DNA from: Macrostomum hystrix
Lineage: Eukaryota > Animalia > Platyhelminthes
Assembly (NCBI GenBank): GCA_950097015.1
Contig: CATNEN010000001.1
Coordinates: 12,834,001 to 12,898,000, forward strand
Length of the DNA: 64,000 nt
Direction: 5' to 3'
In this document: positions 13,775-27,000 of the stretch, piece by piece
Layout: each line of letters opens with the position of its first letter
Position numbering within the stretch: the stretch's first letter is position 1
Notes under the pieces: generated by a model
The model's input: the letters and a program-made list of their open reading frames with translations, nothing else
Told to the model about the DNA's origin: nothing
Database searches by the model: none
Program-made: the position numbers and the translations under genes

Positions 13775-16700
13775 CATGAGGCGTTGTCATGACACGACAG
13801 CGGTAGCCAATGACTCAGAGACTTCGACATCGTCTGGAAGCAGCGGCAACGCTGGTGGCACGCCTAGACAGCTGGCGGGTTTGCCCATCAACATGGCTGG
13901 CATCTTTGCGCAACAGTTTTTCCACAAACCTTTGGACGATTTGATGTCTGCTGGTAAATTGCGGAAAGTTATAGTTCCTTGGGAGGATTAAAAACAATGT
14001 CAAAGTCTCACAAATCTGAAAATCGAAAAAATTGAGATTCTATTGGAAGCTTGTAATTTATACATATTTCAATACATATCGGCTAATCTTCTGTGTCTCT
14101 GCATTTTCAAGTTAGAATTTAAATTAAAAAATAAATACGTAGTTGACAAGCTTTTTTGAATTTCCGATCATATCTTAAATATTTCTTTACAATATACAGA
14201 TATTAGATATAGAACCAATTTCGATACATATCGGGTAGTGTTTATTGTACAGGTATCCTACATTTTTAGTATTAAGTTTCCAACATTGCGTTACATTCTT
14301 TCGTTTCTTCTTACATTTTTTTGTGTCAAAAGTGCTTTTCTTGCTAGTTTACATTTTTCACGAATTTCACTACATATCGGGTAGTTCCTTGCACCACTTT
14401 GCTTTTCTGAGTTATTTTTCTATATTACAAACATTTCGTCACATATCGGGCAAATTTTCCGTTTTCACGGGGTTTACAAAATAAAATTTCTTTAGAAACT
14501 TAAAATAACGACATATCGCTCAGAAGCGGCAGTTTAGCCACCTTTTATTCATCTTGCGTTTAACATTAGTCTCATAGAAATAAAACTATTGACAGTGTCA
14601 AGTCTTATCGGTCAGCACATAACCAATCAGCCATTAGCCTGAGAAAGTAAGATTTCTAAGAATCACGACATTTCTAAGAAAACGCTTAATTAAATATCTA
14701 GCCTTTTAACCCAACTTTGGAAGGCCCAGTCGCCGAAATGGATTTTTGATCGTCCTTGACTTTAGATCAGGAAACTAAATATAAAGAAAGAAAGAAAGCA
14801 AAGACACTTAACCCAGAATCTCAGTCAGATTAATTTAGTTAAGACAGCTTTTTAATTATTAAAATTTAACCCGCAAACTGGAATTCAAAGTGAAAATTCA
14901 ATGTTTAAAGCCGGCCCCCAACCGACCCAGCCGACCGTTGCGTGACAGAATTAAATATTAACTAATAAATCCGGAATATTTTACGAGTGGACAAATAAAT
15001 CTCGACCTGTATCCTTTTAATGTAGCTTGTGCATCGTTTCTGAATCCTGTCTAACGATGAAAATTCTACATTCACCAGACTAAAAATCGATTTATATCAA
15101 AGCCAAAGCCAATTTTATGATCGTTTGAATACTGGGAAAAGTCTCTTTGTTAATTGATTTCATATCGACTGCCAACTGAGAGACATTATGCATGACAAGC
15201 TTGCATTTTCTTTGTGATATATAGATTATATAGTTATTTGGTTCATAATAATAATAATTGTTATTTATTACACCTGTCCGATTGGGTCAGATGTCCAGCC
15301 GACAGCACAGCCGCAGCTATTGCACGGCGCATCTGAAGGCTGCGTACGGCTGTTCAGTCCATGGACTGGGGGGGACGTCACACCCACCTTCAATTATCCC
15401 AGCTAATGCTGGTACCCATTTAACAGCTGGGTGAACTGAAGCAATGCAGAGTTAAGTGTCTTGCTAAAGGACACAATATGTTCCAGTGGAGTCAGGAATC
15501 GAACCCCCGACCTTCAATAAGTGAGTCCGACGCCCTAACCACAAGGCTACAACCTCTTTGACTCTCAATTATTTGGTTCATATAATATTATAGAGATTAC
15601 ACCTCACTTCAAAAGGCTGTGTACAGCTGTTCAGTCCATGGACAGTGACAGGGACAGGTCGCCAATCATAATTGGACAGTTTTTTTATAAGCTAAGAGAA
15701 ATGTTAATCCGACCAAATCCACTGATTTCTGTAAAAAATAGTTTCATATAAATTTATACATCCTCTAATCCCAGAATTTTCCCACCAAAAATAGTTGCGG
15801 AACATGCAGCAAAGTTTGACTTAAGCTTCCTGGCTCATTACCAAATCTTTTTCTGTCCGCCACGAAATCCCTCAAGGCCGGGGCGCTAATGCCGACTTGA
15901 AATCAAAGGGGTGGAAAATCGATATAAGTATTTTACAATTTTTTGCGTTGTTGTTGAAAAAAACGACGGGGCACAAAATTCATTTTCCATGAATGCCTAA
16001 TTGCGTTCAATGCTACATTTGAGTATTTCTTGAGCACAGGTAATCAATTTCTCTGGACCTAGCTCTCCCACCTCCTTTTACTCAACTCAAAGCAGATCGC
16101 GAAGACCGACTGCAGGCCCTGAAAGGTCGATCGGGAGAAAGACGCGGCGGCACCGGAGTCGTCACCCCCCTGCTGACCGGTGGACCCGTGAGGACCACCT
16201 GTGACTCACTGGAATTTGGGGGCAGTCATCCACCGGTGATTTGGGGGGTGGCGCCACAGGAGATTTAGGGGAGAGCAACCGGTGATTTAGGGGAGAGCCA
16301 CCGGTGATTTAGGGGAGAGCCACCGGTGATTTAGGGGAGAGCCACCGGTGATTTAGGGGAGAGCCACCGGTGATTTAGGGGAGAGCCACCGGTGATTTAG
16401 GGGAGAGCCACCGGTGATTTAGGGGAGAGCCACCGGTGATTTAGGGGAGAGCCACCGGTGAATTACGGGGGAGCCACCGGTGATATTATAGGGTGGAGCA
16501 ACGGTGATTTTGGGATTTGAGCAACGGTGATTTTTGGGGGTGGAGCCACGGATGATTTTGGGAGTGGAGCCACCGGTAATTTTTGGGAGGTGGAGCTACC
16601 GGTGATTTTGGGGAGTGGAGCCACCGAAGTTTTGGGGTAGGTGGCACCCGTGATTTGGGTTTGGTGGCACCGGTGATTTGGGGTAGGTGGCACTTGTGAT

Positions 16701-17765
16701 TTGGGGTAGGTGGCACCGGTGATTGGGGTTGGTGGCACCGGTGATTTTAGTCAGGTGGCACCGGTGATTGGGGTTGGTGGCACCGGTGATTTGGGGTAGG
16801 TGGCACCGGTGATTGGGGTTGGTGGCACCGGAGATTTGGGGTAGGTGGCACCGGTGATTGGGGTTGGTGGAACCGGTGATTTGGGTCTGGTGGCACCGTT
16901 GATTTGGGTCAGGTGGCACCGGTGATTTGGGGTAGGTGGCACCGGTGATTTGGGGTAGGTGGCACCGGTGATTTGGGGTAGGTGGCACCGGTGATTGGGG
17001 TTGGTGGCACCGGTGATTTGGGTCAGGTGGCACCGGTGATAGGGGTAGGTGGCACCGGTGATTTGGGGTAGGTGGCACTTGTGATTTGGGGTAGGTGGCA
17101 CCAGTGATTGGGGTTGGTGGCACCGGTGATTTTGGTCAGGTGGCACCGGTGATTGGGGTTGGTGGCACCGGTGATTGGGGTTGGTGGCACCGGTGATTTG
17201 GGGTAGGTGGCACCGGTGATTGGGGTTGGTGGAACCGGTGATTTGGGTCTGGTGGCACCGTTGATTTGGGTCAGGTGGCACCGGTGATTTGGGGTAGGTG
17301 GCACCGGTGATTTGGGGTAGGTGGCACCGGTGATTTGGGGTAGGTGGCACCGGTGATTGGGGTTGGTGGCACCGGTGATTTGGGTCAGGTGGCACCGGTG
17401 ATTGGGGTAGGTGGCACCGGTGATTGGGGTAGGTGGCACCGGTGATTGGGGTTGGTGGCACCGGTGATTTGGGGTAGGCGGCACCGGTGATTTGAGAGAG
17501 GTCAAACAGCCCAAACCGCATTATATTTGATGCTTCTTCAATAACACTAAAACCAATTGCAAATGCAAATCAGAATCAAATTGTGTACTTTTAGCCAACA
17601 GCCTCGAATCCGTCAGCTGTGCGTGTTTATCAGCATCTGATAACAATATTCCAGCCACAGCAGTCCCATCCGATCATCAAGTGGAGACGAAACTCCGCCA
17701 GCCAGCTGCGAGCGATGACCAGCGGGTTCTCAGCTGGCTTGAGTAGTGGTGGCAAAGGAGTCGAG
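13775..17765 (+). CDS. Tentative RhoGEF internal exons 13775-13953, 16096-16186, 17595-17765
   Basis: AG/GT boundaries give a consistent phase chain (2->1->0->0) into the DH exon at 19707. No recognisable domain. Confidence 0.35.
15248..15568 (-). mobile_element. Full-length tRNA-derived CORE-type SINE (family A) with 14-bp TSD
   Basis: On the - strand: A/B boxes (GGTTCGATTCC), CORE-like GCAAGACACTTAAC...CTGTTAAATGGG, (ATT)n tail. TTATTTGGTTCATA is duplicated at 15234-15247 and 15569-15582. Confidence 0.9.
16230..17492. repeat. Compound G-rich 22-23-bp minisatellite with a CACCGGTG palindrome core
   Basis: Units CCACCGGTGATTTAGGGGAGAG grade into GGCACCGGTGATTTGGGGTAGGT. Confidence 0.95.
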
Positions 17766-17902
17766 GTTTTCTATAACTTGTTCGGCACTGTAGAAAATAT
17801 TTCAGTTCTCTTCTTTTTTCAGAGCCATTGGCCTTTGTTTTTTTACGGAAAATGCTAAATAAATAGGGGCGCTTGGGGGTTCGCTGCGAATGGATTGGGT
17901 GC

Positions 17903-18030
17903 GGAGTGAGGTTGGCTGTGGAGTCGGAGTGAGGTTGGCTGTGGAGTCGGAGTGAGGTTGGCTGTGGAGTCGGAGTGAGGTTGGCTGTGGAGTCGGAGTG
18001 AGGTTGGCTGTGGAGTCGGAGTGAGGTGGG
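17903..18030. repeat. 23-bp minisatellite (GGAGTGAGGTTGGCTGTGGAGTC), ~5 copies
   Basis: Direct reading. Confidence 0.9.
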
Positions 18031-18519
18031 CTGCGGAGTGGGGTTGGGTTCGGAGTGGGGTTGGGTGCGGAGTGTTGTTCGCTGCTGATTGGTGTGGCTC
18101 TATGGAAGATTTTGAAAGCAAACTTCGAATTGTAGTAGCATGCATAAATGTTCATTTTTTGCATTGCAACCATTTTAAAAGGTCATTAAAGAAGCACAAT
18201 CATAGATTTACATTTTAATCGGATCAAAGTAAAAATCGACAATAAAATTCTGCTCTCATGATAACTTGATGGACTAATATTTTGTTCATCCAGAATGCAG
18301 CTGGCTGATTTTGCTGAAATGAAATGAGCCAAGTAATTTCAAAGTGCCAACTGTCAGATATCATTACTCCTCAAACAGGACAGCCGCGACAAACTTGCCG
18401 ACTGTCTGAGGCTGTGCGAACATGCGAACGGAATGCCGCGACCCGAGAACCATGCTCAGCTCGAGTCCCTTCAACTGGAATTGGAGCCCTCTTGGGACCG
18501 CGTGGTGGCTCCGGAGGCA

Positions 18520-19520
18520 AGATTACAAACCTGTCTAACAGATTACAAACCTGTCTAAAAGATTACAAACCTGTCTAACAGATTACAAACCTGTCTAACA
18601 TATTACAAACTTGTCTAACAGATTACAAGCTTGTCTAACAGATTACAAACCTGTCTAACAGATTACAAACTTGTCTAACAGATTAAAAACTTGTCTAACA
18701 GATTACAAGCCTGTCTAACAGATTACAAACCTGTCTAACAGATTACAAACCTGTCTAACATATTACAAACCTGTCTAACAGATTACAAACCTGTCTAACA
18801 GATTACAAACCTGTCTAACAGATTACAAACCTGTCTAACAGATTACAAACTTGTCTAACAGATTACAAACTTGTCTAACAGATTACAGACCTGTCTAACA
18901 GATTACAAACTTTCTGACAGACTACAATCCTAACAGATTAAAAAACTATCTAACGGATTACAAACCTGTCTAACAGATTACAAACCTGTCTAACAGATTA
19001 AAAAACTATCTAACGGATTACAAACCTGTCTAACAGACTACAAACCTGTCTACGAGTAAAAGATTACAAACCTGTCTAACAGATTACAAACCTGTCTAAC
19101 AGATTACAAACTTGTCTAACAGATTACAAACCTGTCTAACAGATTACAAACTTGTCTAACAGATTACAAACTTGTCTAACAGATTACAGACCTGTCTAAC
19201 AGATTACAAACTTTCTGACAGACTACAATCCTAACAGATTAAAAAACTATCTAACGGATTACAAACCTGTCTAACAGATTACAAACCTGTCTAACAGATT
19301 AAAAAACTATCTAACGGATTACAAACCTGTCTAACAGACTACAAACCTGTCTACGAGTAAAAGATTATAAACCTGTCTAACAGATTACAAACCTGTCTAA
19401 CAGATTACAAACTTGTCTAACAGATTACAAACCTGTCTAACAGATTACAAACTTGTCTAACAGATTACAAACTTGTCTAACAGATTACAGACCTGTCTAA
19501 CAGATTACAAACTTTCTGAC
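18520..19520. repeat. 20-bp minisatellite (GATTACAAACCTGTCTAACA) with ~301-bp higher-order repeat
   Basis: Direct reading. The interruption TACGAGTAAAA occurs at 19051 and 19352. Confidence 0.95.
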
Positions 19521-19706
19521 AGACTAATTATACTACAAAGAAGGTTACAACATCTGTCTAACTGGTTGCATTATCTCTCTAACAGGTTAGATCAAAAGTC
19601 TAACAGTGTCTGTCTAACAGTGACAGGTTACATTATCTTTCAGAAAAGGAAAAGTTAAAAATAAAGATACGTTAAAATTCAACCCCTCCCCTTAAACTGA
19701 TCGCAG

Positions 19707-22700
19707 AATGCCACAACGCCGAAGGCAGTGAAACAGCAGGCAGCCATATGGGAACTGCTGCAGACTGAATTAAACATCCTGCGACACCTGAAGACCATCA
19801 TTGAGGTGAGCCTGGGGGACTGACTGGGACAGATATAGAGATAGGAAGATATTAGGAGAGATTGGTAGAGACAGGGAGAGATAGGGGGAGAGATAGGGGA
19901 GAGATAGGAGAGAGATAGGGGGAGAGATAGGGGGAGAGATAGGGGGAGAGATAGGGGAGAGATAGGGGAGAGATAGGTGAAAGATATGGAGAGATAGGAG
20001 AGACAGGGAAAGATAGGGGAGAGATAGGGAGAGATAGGAGAGACAGGGAAAGATAGGGGAGAGATAAGGAGAGATAGGGAGAGCTGGGGTGGTAGATAGT
20101 GGGAGATAACATGGACAAAAAACATGAAATTTGATTCAAGCTTCTGAGACTGAGAGAAAATCATGAGAAATAAGGAAATAATATCCAAGCAAAGATTTGA
20201 GCAATTTCTAAGATTTGCAAGCGACAAATCAATCGAAGTCCCATGCCACAGAAAACCTGATCAATAAGAACAGAGGGCCTTACAGACACGGGTCTTTTTA
20301 AAGACAAAAACTAAATAGCCTCCATTGAATCGTGTCTACCAAAAAATTGAGTTGTGCTCACTCGATGCCAAGCGAGATGCTGTCACGTTAGTGTTGGATA
20401 AGTATTGCCACAGGCGAAAAGTGCAAAATGAAAATGGTTAATCCCGGGATAACAGGAGAACTGATTGGAAAACTCGACCACTTCCAAAACAGATCAGCAA
20501 ATCCGCTTCAAACTGCCAGGCTGCGAGAATTGGAGCAAAGATAAATCTCGGAAATATGGAATTACTTTGATCGAAATATTTATTTCTGAGCACTTTTCTG
20601 TGACTCAACATTGACTACCTCATCTCCACACTTAGGTGCACATGACTGTACTGCGGCACCTACAGAGCAGCGCCAGCCTGCTCACGGACATCAGCGCCGA
20701 GCACCTGTTTCCAGGAATTCTGCCAGTGTTTCAAGCTCACCACGCCCTGTGGACTGAGCACCTTCAACCGGCTCTGACAGCGGCCAGGGAGAGTCGGCTG
20801 CCGTTGAGGCCGACGGCCTTCTACAGGGGCTTCACGAGCTTTCGCGACATCTTCGAGCCGTCGGCCCAGTACTGCCTGCGCATCGCTGAGGCCAAAGACT
20901 ACCTGAAGAGTCTGGAGAAGAACGACGCGTTCTGCGACTTTGTGCGGGTGAGCTTCGCTTGAACAACCCGATATGTATCGAAATTAGTTAAATTTAGAGG
21001 AATAACTCCTGGAAGTTTACGACAAAGTAAAAACCGATATGTATCGAAACTCGTACTGAAGCCAGGAGTCGCACATTTTCATTCCAGTGGGCCCAGCGAG
21101 TGAGTCAGCGCAACTACACGGCAGAGGACGGCACAGTCGACCTGCAGCTGGGCTCCCTGCTCACAATGCCCCTGCAGCGGGTGATGAAGTACGGACTGCT
21201 GCTGCAGGAGATTCTGCGTCACACCGAGGACGGCGAGGAGAGGCTGGCTTTGGAAACGATGGTGAGTTCCTTTTGAAAACTTTGAGTCTATCCAACTTGC
21301 CACCCTGACAGCAGGACCCCCTATCGAGGGTCCCCCTGACGATTATTTGTGCTGCAACCAACCTCAATTCCCAGATTGGTCACGTGACTTCGTTCTGCAA
21401 CGAGCTCAACTCCACCTATCGAGCCAAATGCGACCAGGCCGATTTGAGAAGCGTAGCCGACCGTTTGGAAGACTCCAAACTGCCGGACTGGATGGACAGT
21501 CTGGGCGAGGACACGGCCGGCTTTCTGGAGGCCTACCGGTTGAACCTGATGCGACCAATGCCGCACAATGGCCAGCAGAGGCGCAAGATAGTCGAAGGCG
21601 ACGTACGGTGCAAGGACGATAAAGGAAAGGTGAGTATTTAGGTTTCGTGCACTTCGAGATTTGCGAAACATCATCATCTGACCTGAAGAATTCTTAAAAT
21701 GCACAGTGGAGCGACGCCAAGTGCCTGCTGTTCACGGACCTCGTTTTGCTGGCCAAGAGCAGCAAGAGAAACAGCCTGCGACTGCTCAGGCCGCCGATTC
21801 GTCTAGATCGACTTGTCCTGCACAAGCTGAGCGATCAGAATTGTGAGTCGCTCTTTCTTTCTTTCAAAACTTAAAGTGGCCTCATGCCTCATCCCGATGA
21901 TAATCGTTGAATATCTCGACGATGCCGATGTTTTTGATTCTGGAAGTTGCTTCATCGGATTTAAAGCCATGCAGTGTCAACAGCTTTGTATGTTCCCGAC
22001 CCCCGAACACTGAATTTGCAGACTCATTTCTCCTAGTTGCTCTGACAGAGTTCTACAGCGTAGACTGCCTTCTCTGTCTGGCCGGCGAGAATCAGAAGGC
22101 ATCGGACGATTGGCTTGACCGGATTGCTCAAGCTCGGACTGCACTGCTGGCCCAGATGCAGCAGCAGCATCCTTCACCGGAGCCTCAGCCACCGCCGTCA
22201 CTTCAGCCACAGATCAGTGTTGAACTGGTTCGCCTACGCAATCAGCACCAGCAGCAGCGGTCGACTTCAACAACAATCGCCATCACTAGCACTACCTTCA
22301 GCGGCGGAGGTCAGCTGCACTATACACGAAGTAGCGGCGACATGGACTCGTTGCTAACGACAACAACGACCTCGACGACGACCCAGCAGCGCCAGACAAG
22401 CGGCACGCACTATCATCATTACCAGCAGCGTCACACAACCCAAATAAGCTACAGCGAAGCAGCTCATTCTACTAGCATCCCATCAGCTCCAAGGAATAGC
22501 CTAACCACCGCTGGTAGTACCGAGACCGTCACCGCAAATGCTACTACTACTAGTAGTCCGACTGCAAATAACTATTCAGCTACCGCAGTTGAAGTCCAGA
22601 CGGTTGTCACAGACGAGGACACGAGAAATTCGTAAGTATGTAACATTAATAATTGAAATTTCAAAAAACATTGAAAAAAATTATAATACTACTTTCCAGA

Positions 22701-22709
22701 AATGTCTAG
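19707..22709 (+). CDS. DH-PH Rho guanine nucleotide exchange factor, PLEKHG5/6/7-like. Exons 19707-19805, 20636-20947, 21088-21261, 21375-21629, 21707-21842, 22022-22631, 22700-22709
   Basis: Spliced translation gives DH motifs QQAAIWELLQTE and LLTMPLQRVMKYGLLLQEIL, and PH motifs CLLFTDLVLLAK, RPPIRLDRL and SFLLVALTEF. All introns are GT-AG with consistent phase. Ends ...RNSNV*. Confidence 0.88.
19855..20085. repeat. Purine-rich simple repeat (GAGATAGGGGGA)n, intronic
   Basis: Direct reading. Confidence 0.9.
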
Positions 22710-23499
22710 TACCAACTGATACTGATAAGCCAGTCCGGCGAGCAATGATTGGACAGCGATAAAACTTTGTGTAACTAACAATGCAACGTCTGTAATTGTG
22801 TTCATATCAACTGTCGAATTATTGATATGACGGAAATCATTTTAATCTATATTCTGGATCGATCACTAAACAGAAGAAGGCATTTTTATCTACCCACTAG
22901 CAAAATATTGACCCTACACATCTATAGAACAACTAGCTGTCTGACAGACAGGTAAATAATGCAAATATATTACCACATTATTCATTTAATAGCTAACAAG
23001 ACGTCATTATCTTAATTCTTCAGTGTAGTCTCCTAGAAGAAACTAAACAAATAAGAAAGAATCGATTTGCAAAGCATAATTATTCAATGCGACTTTCCAT
23101 TTTTGTTTCATTCAGCCGTTTGTTAATGTACACAAACGAACACTGGAGACAAAATCGGTTTTTCTATTACTCAGTGCCTTCTTTAATAGATGGAGTTGAG
23201 AACAACAAATGCCTCAATTAAGATACTACTCTTTAGTAGCATTATAAGTAGTAGCTATTATTGACAGGTCATTTGGTTAAATGGGCCGGGTTTGTTACAA
23301 TGAGACAAAAAATAAGCTTAGAAAATGTGAAGCAAAGGGTAGCTACAGTGGTAAACGAGACACTACAACTGGCTTGTCAGAAAATTGACCTATTATTAAA
23401 AAGGTAAGTTTTTTTGAAGGAGCAGAATAACAAGAATAAAAAACACAAGGACTAACAGCTATTTATAATGTTGCTTAGCTGCTCAGCATATAGCACTTA

Positions 23500-23675
23500 G
23501 TATCTGACAGGTGTCAGTGTGTCTAACAGCTTAACAGGTGGTACACCAGTGTGACTAACAGCTTAACAGGTAGTAAACCAGTGTGTCTAACAGTCTAACA
23601 GGTGGTACACCACTGTGTCTAACAGTCTAACAGGTGGTACACCACTGTGTCTAACAGTCTAACAGGTGGTACACA
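23500..23675. repeat. Short ~30-bp tandem repeat (GTCTAACAGTCTAACAGGTGGTACACCACTGT-like) between convergent genes
   Basis: Direct reading. Confidence 0.8.
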
Positions 23676-24071
23676 AGTAACTAAGAGTTTTTTTGTAAAA
23701 ATTCGGCCAGAAGTATTCTATAGAAGCAGCAAAGCAACGAAAATTGCGTTGAAACTGATGCCAAATTTAGTGCAAATAACTAATAAATGGAGTTGCTACA
23801 GGTAACCCAGAGAAATGAACAATCTAATTCACAGGTGACGGACAAACAAGAAATAACCAACTAATTCTCGACAGACACTGGTATTCAGATGGGCCATTGT
23901 TAAGGTGCGAAACATATAGCTTTGTAAATTGAATTTCGAACAAAAACTGATCATATAGCGAAACAATACAACAAACACGAGCGTCACTGTTAGGGAAATG
24001 TGCCTTCGGAGGCAACAAGGGGAACAAACATAAATTAACAAAAGCCAGCTTTGGGCTGTTAAAACTGAAAT

Positions 24072-27000
24072 TCAATAAGGCGCAAACCGATTACCGCCAC
24101 CGCTACCGGCACCCCCGGCTACTCCACCGCCGCGTCCGCCGCCGCGGCCACCACCACCGCCGCCCTGCGGTGCGGCCACCAGTTCGGGATTCTCCGGCCT
24201 GGCCATGGAGCATCTGTTGCAGGACTCGCGCCAAGAATAATTGCGATTCCTGCAGCCCGGACAGATCCAATCCGGCTCGCCGGTGCGACCGCCGCCGCCG
24301 CCGCCGCCGCGACTCAGTTGCTGCAACCCGCCTCCGGTGCGACCGCCGCGCATTTTGCCACCGCCATTGCTGCTGTTGCTGTTGTTATTCATGGAATTGG
24401 AGCTGTAGCCGCTGCGACCACCAAGGCGCTGCTGCACCGAGCCCTGCTGCTGACCGCCTCCCTGCTGATTCTGGCCAGGCTGCATCAGCACTGGTCGCTC
24501 GGAATTCTTTCCTAGGCGAACTGTCAGGCCCTGCTGTCCGTTGAACATCTGGATGGCACTCTGGGCGCTGCTGGGTTCAACGTAGCTGACTAAAGCTCTG
24601 CCAGTGGGCTGGCCCTGCTGCTTGAAGATCCAGATCATCGGCATGCCGGACTTGTCGTTGACGCGAACCTGCGGAACACAGATCACATGGGTTGGTGTAT
24701 ATGGGATATTAGATACAATGGATAGTAGACTGAGAATCTTACCCCACCATGGATATTAGACTGAGAATCTCACCCCACCATGGATAGTAGACTGAGAATC
24801 TTACCCCACCATGGATATTAGACTGAGAATCTCACCCCACCATAGATAGTAGACTGAGAATCTCACCCCACCATGGATATTAGACTGAGAATCTCACCCC
24901 ACCATGGATAGTAGACTGAGAATCTCACCCCACCATGGATATTAGACTGAGAATCTCACCCCACCATGGATAGTAGACTGAGAATCCCACCCCACCATGG
25001 ATAGTAGACTGAGAATCTCACCCCACCATGGACAGTAGACTGAGAATCTCATCCCACCATGGACAGTAGACTGAGAATCTCACCCCACCATGGATAGTAG
25101 ACTGAGAATCTCATCCCACCATGGACAGTAGACTGAGAATCTCACCCCACCATGGATAGTAGACTGAGAATCTCATCCCACCATGGATAGTAGACTGAGA
25201 ATCTCACACCACCATGGATAGTAGACTGAGAATCTCACCCCACCATGGAGAGTAGACTGAGAATCTCACCCCACCATGGATAGTAGACTGAGAATCTCAC
25301 CCCACCATGGACAGTAGACTGAGAATCTCATCCCACCATGGACAGTAGACTGAGAATCTCACCCCACCATGGATAGTAGACTGAGAATCTCACACCACCA
25401 TGGATAGTAGACTGAGAATCTCACCCCACCATGGAGAGTAGACTGAGAATCTCACCCCACCATGGATAGTAGACTGTGAGACTGCGACTTCCCTCTCGAC
25501 AAAGACTCCTAGATTAAGAATGGCATCTTATTTTGTAACCCAGAAATTTGTAACGCACATAAAAAGTGGTCTCACCTGACCAGCATTCTGAAACTGGGCC
25601 AGCAGTAAATCGTGAGTACTCTGCTCAGGTGTTAGGCCTTCAATGAGAATTGTGTCCGGTCGTTCGGCGTCTGGGTCCATGTGTCCACCGCCGCCGCCGC
25701 CTTCGCCAAGTCGGCTGACGAAGTTGCTGCCGCCGCCTCCTTGACGCTGCTGTTGAATACTCTGACGAAGATCTGGATGTTCATGCAAAAAAGTACTTTA
25801 AGCACTTGACTCAACTAGAATTAAACGAAATTTAGTGCGAATTCAATCATTTAAGGTAATCTCACGACGGGACAAAGAGTTTTGTGTTAAATAGACAATT
25901 TGCACTTATTTTACTAAAAAACTTTTTAAGGCTTATAAAAACTATGTCCACGTTTAACTGTTAAATTTAAATTAAAATAAGCAATTTTAAAAGCAATTTT
26001 AGCACTCTAGAAATCAGTAACGGCTTTTTAGTCGAAAATTACACTAATTTTTTTCTGACAACAAAATCTGTTCGTCAATAAGGTTTTAAACTCGATTTTA
26101 AAGTAAAACAATTGTGTTTCTTTTTTTAAACAAGACACAAATCTGACTAAAAACTGGCTAAAAGAAAAAATTTTGTTTTCAAACCAACACACACTAAATA
26201 ATAAGACCCAGTATTCAATATATACTGCAAAATTTGTTAATACTTTGTCGTTTTGTTGGTCCGACAGGCCAAAGACATAATAATATTTTCAAATGGTTTT
26301 TAAACAAATATTAAAATTTACGTTACTTCGCTTACTAGCAGTAGCTACTAACACCCCTTTAAAAAAATTCGGCTGCTTCATCGGCGGGTTTTTGTGCAAA
26401 ATAGGAGTGGAATCTACCAAAATCCCCCCTATCTAGCAAGAGTAAAAGAAACCACCCAGGAAGCAGCCGATGTGATCGTAAATTGTGCGGAAACCGCCGA
26501 AGAATCACCCGAACCAGTGGCCCATGGGACAACCAGAGAATTCTTTACGGTCGATTCCTCGGCGGTTTCTGAGCATGGAATCTCACGAACTGGAGGATTC
26601 TTCGGTTAATTTCCATTTCGCCACCAAGAAGCAACGAGAAACCGCCCAGTTGGGCAGATTCCAAGCATGGAATGCTCGGATCAATCATCCGACTGGTCTG
26701 TTTCCAGCGTTCGGCTGTTTCTTTTTCTGGAAACACCGCAGATTCACCCAAAGAAACATCCCAATTCTTTAACGGGACTATTTGGGTAAAAAGGGATTGC
26801 AATGACACAAAATCACAGGTCCCACAGATGTACAGCTATATAGGCACTCCTTGCAAAATTTCAAATCCAGCAAATGTTGATACAGAAGTACACAGCTACA
26901 TCAACTGACGCAACTGCCAATGGGACTGAGACTCGAACTCCCGACCTCTCACGATCAGAAGTTTAAATAAGTCTATCATAAAACTTGTATACAATTTTTT

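Noticed and set aside
16463-17521. Pro/His/Cys-rich ORFs in several frames
   Set aside because: Minisatellite artefact; the frames interconvert with 22/23-bp units
24719-25475. CRISPR-like appearance of the 31-bp repeat (and the other arrays)
   Set aside because: Head-to-tail units with no unique spacers, no cas genes, eukaryotic intron
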